From Somniosus microcephalus (lineage: Eukaryota), in NCBI GenBank assembly GCA_052327205.1, contig CM126217.1:64604001-64668000 (forward strand): a stretch of 64,000 nt of DNA, read 5' to 3'. This document shows, in pieces, positions 37,908 through 50,399 of the stretch. The first letter of the stretch is position 1, and every line of letters starts with the position of its first letter. Under the pieces are notes generated by a model. That model saw only the letters and a list, made by a program, of their open reading frames with translations, was not told the DNA's origin and did not search any database. A program made the position numbers and the translations under genes.

Positions 37908-40854
37908 AACCTGTTTTGAGGTGCTCTCATACTTTGAGTGAAAAGGGAAGGAAGGCAAAAAATTCTGAGGTACTCTTAACCCGCCCAGGAATGGGTTGAA
38001 GAAAAACAAGCATTTCTGAGACATTTATCATCCACCCAGGGTTGCTCAACAATGCACTGACACCAGGTTAATGCCATCCAGCTGCAGAATATTTTGCCAT
38101 ATGGACCAGTAACAAACTTTGGCAGTAATTCACTTGCTATAATAGGAGCGATACAAAGAAAACACTTACATATGTACATTTAAGTGAAAACCATAACAAT
38201 AGTCCATAGGGCTAAGCTAATAAAGCTGGAAACATTTTCTGAAATAAAATACACTAACAGAATTTTGTTGTTTCATCCTTGAACCGTGAAAGGTTAAACA
38301 AGAGAATTGATACTTAAAATAAACAGCAATGACATCATTTACAACTAGCCTCTGCTAGGTTTTATTTACGCTTTATATCAGCGCAGTAATGGAGACATAT
38401 TTGACTGCTGTATTCTGCTTCTTCTGTACTATTTATATAGCAAACAAAAATCTCTCTGTTTGTGTTGTGGTTTAACAATGACATAAAGCAGAGAACTCTG
38501 AAGTTCTCAGTCTACTTTTCAAACTTTATAAAAGTCAAATTGCTATTCTCAGATTTATTTATTATATTCCAAACCATAACATTAGGCAGAAAGAAATCTG
38601 ATGATCTGGGAACCTATTCATAACAGAGGTTTAGCATTTAGCAAACCTGTAAATCAATCGCAAACATTAGAAGTGAGACATGATTTTATAAAGTTCTTTT
38701 TCTAAGCATTAGTAAAATAAACACAGCTGCACACATTCTTTCCATCCCTGAGAATGGCCAGGTTTGCTGTGTACTCTGATAGGGGCAGCTACTCCCTCTT
38801 CAGCAGGGGGAATGGGAACTCAGGTTCGGATCTATTACCACCACATCATGTCTACAGGGGCACATTCTTTCTGATTAGAAACACTATGTGTGCCAGATGA
38901 TTTGTTTTGCATTGTATTGGACCCGATACCCTTCTTGGAAAATTGCTCTAGTAATATTGAGTGAACCATCAGTGATCCTTTGAGTGTTGAATGTCATTTG
39001 TCAACAAAGTGATTTCTGTACATTTTATATTTTCCCTTCAATTTTATATACATTATTTTTTCTTTCCCCAAATGGTCTCCCACTGTATTCTCCAATAAAG
39101 AGAATGGGCAGTCATTCTGCTCATGGGCCTCTTTCTCTGTGGCTCTTGAGGTGGCTGCTATGAAGTTTGCAATAGTGGGGCAAAATGAGTGGCCTACTCA
39201 TTTTCTTCCCACTCTCTCAATGGCAATTATCCAGCCTCCGCTGTGCAACTCACCTGTACACAAAGTTGAGATCTGGATCCCACTTTAGAGAAATTGCAGT
39301 ATGTACCACAAACTGTCACTCCCTGGCTTAGCATGTTGAGGCCAGTTGACCATTATGAAGCAGAATAGAGACAGCATATTTCATCCACAATGACAATTTC
39401 CAGCAGTCCTTTCAGAAATGTAAGGGACCTATAAGATTGCCTTTCAGATGAATGAAAGAATACATATAATTCACTATCACTGCTGAGGTATTCTCTTTTT
39501 ATTCAGCCAAGTATGGAAAGAACTTGTATATGCTTGTTCTCAGTGTGGTAACAAAATTGTACACATAGGTTTTCCTTCATAGCCCTGTAGCACCAATAAG
39601 CTCCCTCTGCTCTCAAAGGCAATCACTAACTCCTTCCCCATGTAGGCAACACAAAATAAAAAGGTGATTTCAAATCCAGGTAAAATAAATTCAAATCTGT
39701 ATACAGAATGCTACATCTCCTGGTATTTGGTTTCATCTTTAGTTCGATAATACATAGGCCGACCATGATCAAAATGTTATCAAATGCTTCAACATGGGTT
39801 AGACTGGGTAGAGTTGTGAGTGTAGCCTCAAGTGAATTCCAGAACATCACATACTGCTGGTGACTGTTAAGTGTTAGTGGAATTTTTAACACTTTGATTT
39901 TTTTTATATACAGCATGTGAAGTAATAGATCTATGAGCAGTTAAAAGTGTCAATCATACTTAGAAAATAAGCTAAAAAAAATTGTATATTTTTTCCTATT
40001 TTGGTATGGAAGTACAGTACTACTTAAATCCTGAAAGGTTTAAATATTATGGATGCAACAACTCTTCAAATAAACAATACTGCATTGAACATAGTTTAAG
40101 TAACCAGGGTAAGGATGAGCAAACTGCTCAAACTTGGCTCGGTCCTTTAACAGTAAATTTTTCAGTGTGGTTTATTTGATCTTCCCCAGTTTTTTTTACA
40201 CAACTGGAAGTAGCACTTGATTTTTTTTTTGTTTCTTCCCCTGAGAATGACTTATCTTTTGGTGAAGAAACAAAGGGAAAAAAATTCAGCTGAAATACTG
40301 CAGTCTCGCACTGTTTTTGTGAATATATACCAACACTTCCAGTTCATATACAATCAGGCAGAGATCAAATACTGAACCGCATCCACATCAGAGGAATTGC
40401 TTCCACAAGAACTTGTCAAATAAAATCAGTTGATTCATCCTTAGACCAAGAGTTGAAAATTTGGACTATTTTATCCCTAACTTGTTTCAGCGTTAAAGCT
40501 AGAATTTAAAGGATATACCCATTATATTGAGTGAGCAGAAGAGATGACAGAGATCAATCTTTTTTTACATAGGTCTGAGCAACACAAACATATTTTGATT
40601 ATTTGGCCAATCTTTGACAATTCCTGAATAAATAGAGTAGGTTCCTTTTAAGGATATGTAGGAGCATTTTGAATATTTAAAAAAAACTCTATCAGAAATT
40701 TATCTTTTCAGTATTTGTAACCTTGCCCTTAAGTGGCAAGTGGCAAAATAGAATTTTTGTCCCCGGTTTGTCTTTCTCCTTAGTTTTAAACATCATACCT
40801 AAAATGGAGGCCACACCTTTATTAAAAGTAGTGTGTTTGCTTGGAGATGGGGTG

Positions 40855-42945
40855 GGGGGGCGAGATCTTTTGCCCTCCTGCCACCAATCTTTCCATGTAA
40901 TTTGGGCCAGCAGGATTGGAAATGACTTGGAGATGTGCTCTGCTGTATCCCACTTTTAAATAAATTCAATATTCCGCCAGGAGTGTCATTGGGCACAGGA
41001 AGCACCGACCTACTCGCTGACATAAACACTGAAATTAATCTATGATGGCAGAGTGATGTTCTGTGTCACATTATCCGTCATTATGCATTAATTTACGCCT
41101 GTTGTAAGGATGGCCTGTAAAACACAGAGGTTACTCTGGTGCAGAGATTACGACAGAAGTAATTTTGAATAATCACAGTGCATAGGTTTAGAAAATGCTG
41201 ACAAATTTCAGCTGAACAACCAGTAAACCTTTTTTTTTTAATTTTTCTGGTTTTGGCTGCATGCTGAAGGTTTCGTTTCTGCTCGACTCTCGCTTGCCTT
41301 GTAAAGTTTCGGACCTTTGCTCATGATGGCAGTCCCAATAGGAATCCTCTTGTGCTTGGCTGCCATTGACAAAGATGAGGAGGAGCAGCAGAGAGGTAAT
41401 AGGTGGGTAAGGCTCTACAAGAGTCATCTGCTAACCATCACCACCAGAAGCTACTGATCCCAATAATTCCACCTGCATCTAATGCAAGAGCAGTGCCTGA
41501 GGAAACTCTCCTTTGCCAAGGAAGCCATCCAGGGAGTGGATTCTTTGGAGTGGTAGGATTTCCCAGAGTCCAAGGTGCCATTGATGCTTTCTATGTGGCC
41601 ATCTGGACTTCATTTGTTGATGCCGTTACATACATTGACAGTAAAGGAGTCCATTCCCTGATTGTGCAGTTAGTGTGTGGCCATCGACATAGAATAATGC
41701 AAGTCAATCCATATTTTTGGGAGGGGTACCACAATACCTTCATATTGATACAGTCAACTGTGCCACCTTTTTTTTCCCAGTGCAAAGATCAGCTGGATCC
41801 TGGGGGAGAAAGGCCAGCCCATTTTTGCCTTACGTTGACATTGGGCAGTATTTTGAACAAAAAGCCTTCCCAAAGAGTTTCTCAGGAACCAGGAAAGTTT
41901 TAATGAAGCCCATTCTGTCAAGCAGGGTGATAATAGTGCACACCATGGGAAGGATGAAGGCACTCATTCGATGCCTAGATAGACCTAATAGGGCTTTGCA
42001 ATTCAACGCAGCATTAGCGTGCTCCACATTCCACAATTTTGTTCTAAAAAGAGTTATCATCATGAAGCACCCAGAACAGTGGGGAAATAGAAGGCAACAG
42101 GGCTTAGAAGATGCTTATTGGCATCAAGAACCAGAAAGTCTGATAAGGGGATTGCTTCGCCAGCAGTCACAGCAATTCAAAAAACCCTCATTATGGACAC
42201 CTTCTCCCAAGTGGGTGGACTTCCTAGCCCCATGAGGTCATTAAACTTCTTCCGGCACTGGAGAGCTTTTGTGGAAATAGCACTTAGTGCAACTGTAGTG
42301 CAGCCAATGCTTTTGATGCTCTCCTGCTCTACATGTAAACAGGCTGTGCCTTGTCTGCCTTGACTCCTGCAGAAGGGCCTCTAGTTCATTATCTGTGAAA
42401 TTTGCTGCCCGGCGTGCTGAAGGAGAATTGCTGCCATTGTAGTTTGTTCTTTTTCCTCCTACACTGCCTGTCCATTTAAGCTGTTGCAGGACTTTAAATT
42501 CTGTTCCGCCAGGTGAAGTCAGCGGGAATGCTCTTCCAGGCACCAGAAGGAAAATCTAGGCCTCCCCTGCCCTGGGCTTCCTCCCCTCCCTTACACAAGA
42601 CCCTCCCGAAACTCCCTCCTCGTGACTTACCTGGTGGCCGGTGAACCTGCCTTTGGTGCTGGCCAGCAGCCTCCTGCCACCTGACAATCCGTTCCTGCCC
42701 GCCAGACAGCAACCCCTGAAAAATCACTCAGAAATTTAGCCGAGGGATCCTGAAACCGACATTTGGCCCCTCATTAACACATGTAAGGGGCCTCATGCCT
42801 GTTTCAGGCAGACTTCTAGGTATCCGCCTGTGCCAATATGGCAGCACCGATACCCAGGCACTGATTGGGCACAAGCCTTTGCTTCCCAAAATTGGGCCTC
42901 ATTGTGGCTGTTTTACACCTGCAAAAAAGTCCAATTTCGACCTCC
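40855..42945. mobile_element. Decayed two-gene Harbinger: transposase (+, about 41330-42180) converging on a Myb remnant (-, about 42235-42440)
   Basis: GFPRVQGAIDAFYVAI...YIDSKGVHSLIVQLVC, SRVIIVHTMGRMKALIRCLDR, CSTFHNF; on the minus strand ARRAANFTDNELEALLQE. Ends approximate. Confidence 0.8.
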
Positions 42946-44979
42946 ATATCTTGTTTTCACTGAGGAAAATGATTTATTTTTGTAAAGTGCTTCATCACAG
43001 GTTCTATAGCAATAATTTAAGGAGACTGGTTGATTGGATTAACAACTGCTAAGCTACCTCCGCTATATTGTTTGTTCTGTAAATAATTCTATTTGTGAAT
43101 AAACCTGCTTAATAATTTAGCATGTTAAGAAAAGTCTCTTGTGAAGCTCATATTATCCATCTCCTGCAGTGACATGACCTGTAGCGGAATTTTACTTACT
43201 ATCTGGAAGCAGTTTACAATAAAAGGGAGCATTGTTTGCCCTGCAGCATGCTATAGCCCATCCACTGTATGCAGAAGGTTAAATTTAAGATCAAAAGGGA
43301 TTGCAGACCTGCTTATGAAACCTGCCTTTTGCAGTGAGAATAAGTAAAATGTATCGGGAGCAAGTCTAAATTGTAACATGAAATATTTTATCAAATATTA
43401 TGTGGTGATTTATTTTAAAATTAACTTCATGTGAAGGTTTTGTTTTCTTAGCGTCTGTTGATTTCCATGGATTTCTTCAGTACTACAGTTTTGTTGGTAT
43501 CTAGTAAGCTCTCAGATTATGTTTGGGGTATTGCATGAAGTCAAATGTATAACTGTGTTTGTCTTAGGACTACAGCAATACCACATACCTCTTTCTGAAA
43601 AAAACAACCTGGGTTTTATTGCCTTAAGCTCCCTCAATATATAATGCTTTAAATCAAGCAGCATAACAATCAGGTATTCAATAAGAGTTTAAAGAATATA
43701 AGATTCTGCTATCCCTTTTTATTTTTCTGTACAGATCATTTTGTCACTTCAGCTCTAATCTGGTGTTTTCTGCACATTACCATTTTGCACAAATATATAT
43801 TAATGAGGAAATTTTGGGCAGCTTGTTCCTTATTTCAACTCCAAATGGGCACTTGTGGAAATAGCTGTTTTGAAAATTTCCTGATAGCACAAAACAAAAT
43901 ACGTGCCAAATAAAGCATAAAATAGCCTTTGTGCCAACACAAATGTTTTGAAAATCTGGCACTAAGGTTTTAACATCTCAACTCAAGTGGAGAAGACATT
44001 AATAATCCAGCATGGAGTGGGAAGGAGAGCAGAAATTTTTAATGAAATTGCCCTTACATGAAATCATGGTCTAAATATGGATATTAAGCAGGATGTTATT
44101 AGTCCCATTACTGTATAGTAATACCCTAAAAATCACTTAGTAGGGTGTAAGTGTGCAATAGGTGTGCCATGGGTTTTGCAGTTTATGATAGATCATAAGT
44201 TCTGAGTCAGGGGAAAAGTAAGGCACTGTTTATTTTACTGTGTGCTCATTAAATGATCCAGGACATCTGGCTGCCGTGTACATTTCCCCATGTGACACTC
44301 TTGTTTCATTTCATTATGAAGTTGGACCAAGAGCAACTGTGTAGAGTACTTTAGTAATTCTAATGCCAAATTAGCAGATTGCATTATGTGAACCAAACCT
44401 CAACCAACACAGTTAATTATTACAGCAACTAAACTGGAACCTAAATGTGCAATTTTTTATGAGCAGAATGTAAATTTGAATGCTTTATACATTACACAGA
44501 CTATACAGAGTGTAAATGGGGAGGACAGATGGCATTCTGATAGTTACACCATCATAATACTGCATTCTTGACGACTATTTGCATTGCGATTTCTTCTAGA
44601 GGGTAAGGTTTGTCAATTTCGGTTGAGGGAAAAGGGAGAACCAGCCCAAATGGAGCTTCCTTCCTACATTATTCAAAAACACCTTCTAGTAGTTCAATCA
44701 TGGCAGGTCTTGATCAGTTTGACAATACACCAAGTAAAATGGGCACTTATTTGGTCACCAGACCTCCAGGGATTGTATAACCCCTATGAGACTTAATACT
44801 GTACTAGCAATGTAACCTCTAATGAATAGATCCACCACACCCTTTCTTTCTCTCTTTCTCACTCTCACCTTTTTGCTGGTGCTTCAGCCACAGATGGTAG
44901 TTATTTGCTTGTCACCCACTGACGGTAGGAAAATAATAATGGCATGCCCTCACAGGATGTGCAGAGAAAGAAAAAAAGG

Positions 44980-45385
44980 AAGAATATACATTTATATAGT
45001 GCCTTTCAAGTCTTAAGACATCCCAAAGTGCTTCACAGCCAATAAAGTACTTTTGAAGTATCATCACTGTGGAAATACAGGCAAACCTGGCAGCCAATTC
45101 GCACACAGCAAGGTCCCAAAACAGCAAGTGAGATAAATGACCAGTTTTTTGGTGGTGTTTGTTCAAGGATAAATATTAGCCAAGAAACCAGGAGAACTCC
45201 CCTGCTCTTCATTGAATAGTTGGATACTTACATAGACCTGAACAGGCAGACAGGGGGCTCCGTTTAATATTTCATCTGAAAGACACCTCGGACAATGCAG
45301 CACTCCCTCAGTACAACATTGAAGTGTCAGCCTAGATTATGTATGAGAAGCAAGAGTGCTGTCATTGAGCCAAGCTGACACCTAA
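44980..45385 (-). mobile_element. Deu-domain SINE with L2-like tail
   Basis: Reverse complement of GAGGGAGTGCTGCATTGTC...AGATGAA and of the AAAGGCACTATATAAATG tail. Confidence 0.8.
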
Positions 45386-45584
45386 ACATTTTGCAGTTCT
45401 ACGGGCACCTCTGCTATCACTCTTTTCAAGGTGCTACCTGAACCCCAAATTATCTTGGGCAATACTGATACAAATTCAACCACAATGGCCCAATTTAGAC
45501 CTGTTCGTGTTTTGAATCTGGTTTGACCCTCAGCTCTAACATATACGGGAATTTATACTGCTACATGCACTAAAAGATAAAGAA

Positions 45585-45965
45585 AGTACTTGCATTTATA
45601 TAGAGCCTTTCACAACCTCAGGACGTCCCAAAGCGCTTTTCAGCCAGTTAAATACTTTTGAAGTCTAGTCACTGTTGTAATGAAACGCGGCAACAAATTG
45701 CGCACAGCAAGCTCCCACAAGCAGCAATGTGGTAATGGCCAGATAATCCAGTTTTTTTTTAAGTGAGGTTGGTTGAGGGATAAATATTGGCCAGGACACT
45801 GGGGAGAACTCTCCTGCTGTTCTTCAAAATAGTGCCCTAGGATCCTTTACGTCTAACTGAGAGGGTAGATGGGGCCTAGGTTTAACATCTCATCTGAAAG
45901 ACGGCACCTCCAACTGCGCAGCACTCCCGCAGTACTGCACAGGAGTGTCAGCCCAGATTAAGTGC
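45585..45965 (-). mobile_element. Deu-domain SINE with L2-like tail (second copy)
   Basis: Homologous to 44980-45385, same orientation. Confidence 0.85.
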
Positions 45966-46160
45966 TAAAATAAATTGTTAACCTGAACGCACTATACATG
46001 TCATATGTTAAACTTTAATATGGGGACTGTATACCATGCATAGTTTTATTTTACCTCTAAATAAAATGTCATTGAATTTTGCAGTCAGATCGCAGATGTG
46101 GCAGATATAAACATAAAACTGTTTTTTAAAATATATTATTAAAACATTGTAAAAGACATT

Positions 46161-48255
46161 GGCCTAGAAATCCGATAAAGCCCGAAAACAGGCGGTGCCA
46201 CTGCAGGGCGAGGTTTGCTCGCGCCCGTAAAAAGAGAGGCAGCACTGTTATTTTGGTGCTGCCCGCTGATTTGAATGACTGCAGCGCACAGCCTGGCATG
46301 GAATGCGCTTCTTCAGGCTTGGCCGTAGCATCCCCGGAGCGAGGCGGCCTTTTCTTAAAGCTAGGCTGTCATTTTAGAAAGTAGTCTTGAATCCTTAAAG
46401 GGGAACTGCCTTCTAAAATAAAAAAATAAAAATCATTTACAAATAGGCAGTCTTCAGCCCTTAGAGCTCAACTGCCTTCTGAAGAAAAGAAAAATATTAA
46501 AAATAATTCCAAAATGGCAGTCTTCAGCTCTTAAAGTAAAAAAAATGGTAAAAGTGCTTCAGCACTAACACAAATGGCTCAACAGGCCAGGGAAAGGACA
46601 CCTAGGGTGTCACACGCAGCGGTCCATCTTTGTGCATAGGGTCAACACTGGAAGATAGGCCCTCTACCCACAGGGGGCTAGGAGGCCCTCCAGAAAGAAG
46701 GGTGTGGGACCAGATCACCAAGGTGGTCACTGCCAGCACAGTTGCCCCCCGCAGGACCTGGCTCCAGTGCCCAAAGAAGTTTCATGACCTCAGATGAGTG
46801 GTCAAGGTCAGTGAATGCATCTTCAAAAGCTACCTCCTACCAACTGCACCACTAGCCTTACACGCTGCTCAATGCAATAACCACCTCCGCTGCCCCCCAC
46901 CCTGCAATCACTTACCTACCAATAATCTCTACCAAACACAAGGCACACTTCAAATTCCTAGCTTCACCTCACCCCCTTGAAGGAGACAGTCTTGGCAGGG
47001 GAATGGCTGAGGCCTTTGCCAGCGGCAGGGCTGAAAGAATACAAGATGCTGGTATCCTCATACATAATCCTCCTTCTCACATCCCACTTCCCCCTCATCC
47101 CACAATCTCTTCTGATGTATAAGCTGTGCATGGTGTAAGCATGCAGCTCTTGCTTTCCCGCCCTACCCTCACCACAACCCTACCCTTGTGCCTTCCTCAT
47201 TTCAGACACCCAAGAAATCCAGCCTGCCCAGCCAGTGGTTAACCAAGGGAGAGAAGAGTGAAGAAGAAGAAGAATTAACACCGTCACTCGATTTGACACT
47301 TCCAGCCACCAGCTCCTCCAGGTCGTCCTGCAAGGCCATTTGCAGTGTCTCCCACTGAAAGTCAGCAGCCTTCCACCAGTCACGCTGCAGCCACTGGGGT
47401 AGCACTGCGTGACATCAGCAGGATAGGCAAAGGCAGTTGCAAGACAGTCACTAATGGAATGCACAAGGGTGATAAGTTGATTTCTTGATGTCATATTAAA
47501 TGCATACATGGATAAAGTTGGTTTGAAAAGTTTGCTTTGTGGTGGCTTTTATTTCAGCATTGTGGCCAAGAGGACGCTGTGATGGTCAGTAACAGAGGGA
47601 AGGTAAGGTGTGGCACAAATGTTGAAAGAGGAATTGGGGTTGTGTGTTCACTGGTACCACAGGCGGATGATTCCATCCCGGATATCCCAGCCAAAAAGGG
47701 GCTGTCTGAGTTGCATCCTTCCTTCCGCTTCCTCCTCTTCTGCTTCATCCTTTTCTGCTTCTTCCTCTTCCCTCTGTGACTGTTTAAATGTATTGCACCA
47801 AGCCACTACTTCAACCATAGAAGATAGGAGCAGGAGTAAGCCATTCAGCTCCTCGAGCCTGTTCCGCCATTTAATGAGATCATGACTGATCGATAAAATA
47901 TTTTTTTAAAGTCCAAAAGCTGAAATCCAAACTTATCTGAAAGATGTGTGTGTCTCTTTAAGAAGCGCTGACAGTGTCTCTGCAGGGCTGCTACACGCAC
48001 GTTCTTCCGTGCGTAGCTAGGAGAGGGCGTTATGGCATGTGGCGACGTCCAAAATAGCAGTTGTGGCGTCAAATCAGGCGTTGCATGCCAATTGACGTCA
48101 TGATCTGCTCATTTGAATTTGAGAGGCTAGTGCTGGCAGCGGCAGCGCTATGCCCCTTACCAAAATGGCGGCCACTGGGCAGAATTGAGGTGGCTGCCAT
48201 TTTTTAAAGAAATATGGCGCAAACACACGGCATTAAGGTAGGGACTTTCTAGGCC
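46161..48255. mobile_element. Non-autonomous Harbinger: decayed Myb exons (+) and transposase C-terminal tip (-)
   Basis: TIRs GGCCTAGAAA and TTTCTAGGCC, flanks ATT/GTT; 46574-46806 reads MAQQARERTPR...LYPQG...WDQITKVVTAS...RTWLQCPKKFHDL; minus strand near 47650-47780 reads EEEEAEKDEAEEEE...DIRDGIIRLWYQ*. Confidence 0.85.
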
Positions 48256-48994
48256 GTTGTTTTGGACTAAAAGCAACACAAACCTAGCCTAGCATACAAT
48301 AACACTCTCTGACAGGCTTGGTGCTTGTACCAAAATTTCACTTTATTGCGAATATACATTCAAAAGTCATGTGAAATATTTGAAAATGAGACATTCCTTT
48401 ATTTTAATCTTTAATCTTACAGTGACAGCCATCTAACTATCTGTGGGATACTTTAGAGTAATAACATAACAGGTAGTAATCAAGAGGGTATTATACATTT
48501 ATTGATTTTACTACACATCAGCACTTAGAATGGATCTCAGGTCATTTTGCTTTTATTTGAGGTAAACAGTTATTTAGAAATATTACCAATCTTCAACATG
48601 CTGGTGGAGCATTCAGCCAAATCATGTTTTATTTACCTTCCCTACTATCTCCTGCACAGTCAGTGAAACTAAACAAGATAAAGCTGAGGGCAGATTTTAA
48701 CATATACAGCTGATACGTCAGAATAAATGTTGCTCAGACATGAGAGCACAAACCTTTTAAGATCCTCTTTCGTGTGAAATAAAGGTTAAAAAGACTTGAG
48801 ATATAAAAAAATAAGCAAGGTGAGAGCTCAGAAATTGTTTCAAGATATTTGAAATTTGAAAATGTAGACAATGTTTCGGACAGTATCTAGTTGTATCTAT
48901 CATTAATAAGAATATAAAACACATTTTAAAACCATGCATATATGTTTCTCAGAACACTTATCAGTCACCAGTAAGGTACCTTGGAGTACAGTAT

Positions 48995-49110
48995 AATGAT
49001 ATGGGCTTGCAGCTAAGGCAGGAAGGAGATCAAAATATGTGTCCAGAATATGAGCCTAAAGGACACAGTGAGTTGAATGGCCTTTTCTCATTCTGACTTC
49101 TAATGTTCTT
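48995..49110 (+). mobile_element. Decayed CR1 3' tail
   Basis: GATATGGG...GGCAGGAAGGAG...GAATGGCCTTTTCTC. Confidence 0.5.
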
Positions 49111-50399
49111 CTGACGAGGAAGATCAAAAGCAACTGTAAGTAGGCATTTCCACTGTGAAAATATTGTAAAATGTATAATTGATATACAGACAAAGGTATG
49201 CGTCTACACATGTATATACATGCGTTTGTGTGTGAATGTACCTATTTATACAATGTAGACATTCAAAATATATTTTACTCGCAACTGGCAGTAAATTGCC
49301 AATATTATATCTTGACACCCTTTAGCAGAAAATGTGTTTTGATTATTGAGAAGGATAACTCAGTCACAACACAAGGAAATTACTTTACTTAGAATTTTTG
49401 CATCCCTCTGTGACAGTATATAAATTACCATTGAATTGTATTTACGCCCTCATCATCTACTCATTAAACCTCTCGAATGACATTAGTACAAAACTGTTCT
49501 ATCACTGTAAATAACAGAATGACTTACTTAATCTATGTTTTAAAATATATTACAGCAATAATGTTTAATGTTATTACTGTATTACTGAATATTAGACAAA
49601 ATACATATTTCACCCACACCAGAATTAAAGCACTTAAGAATCACAAATCATATGACTGGCATTACAATACAGCTAATAAAAAAGGATAAATTATTCATCT
49701 CTTGCATTCATTAGTTAAGTGACAGCAAAAAAAGTAATAAGACAAAGTATCCTTGAGTACATAGGTTTATTCCTTGTCCATAATCTGAAGAGATTTGAAA
49801 TCTATATTTGAAAGTTTGCTGAAGTCACTGACAAGATATGCCTAACGTCTGCTGAACGGCTGATGATCTGGTTTATTTAACCTCTCAAGCTTCAGCTTTA
49901 CATTCCTGGTGAAAATGAAAAAAAACTTAAGCTTCCAGACCAGGCATTAGCGCTCCATACCTTACACCTTAGCAAGCTGCAGAATGTGAGTGACATTGTC
50001 AGGAATAACCATCTGCATGTCCAAAGTCCTGTCAGTTATCTCTCTTCTTCTGCTGTGGGTTTTTATGTGGTAAATTGTGTTCTTCAATTTCAAATAAACA
50101 TCTCGCTCATTTTAGCAGTCACCGTATGGTTCCGAAGGCTAGTTTTCAGAACACAGAAATTATTGTAGAGTGTTGCACAGCCCAATAAAGAAGCTTAGCC
50201 TGGCCCACGATTACATATATTTTGGTGAAAGCGTGCCCCTGCTCTGGACAACTGCTCCCGGCTCTCAGTGTTGCTTCCGCCACCCCACCTCCACCTACCC
50301 CCCACCTCCCCCCCCCCCCACTAAATCCTGTGAACTAACACATATCATTTCCTTCCTTATTAAACTTTGACATATATTTTGCTTATTTTAAAAATATAC

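Noticed and set aside
41403-42235. Host HARBI1 gene
   Set aside because: Frameshifts and degenerate catalytic motifs inside a transposon-like context; a decayed element, not the domesticated gene.
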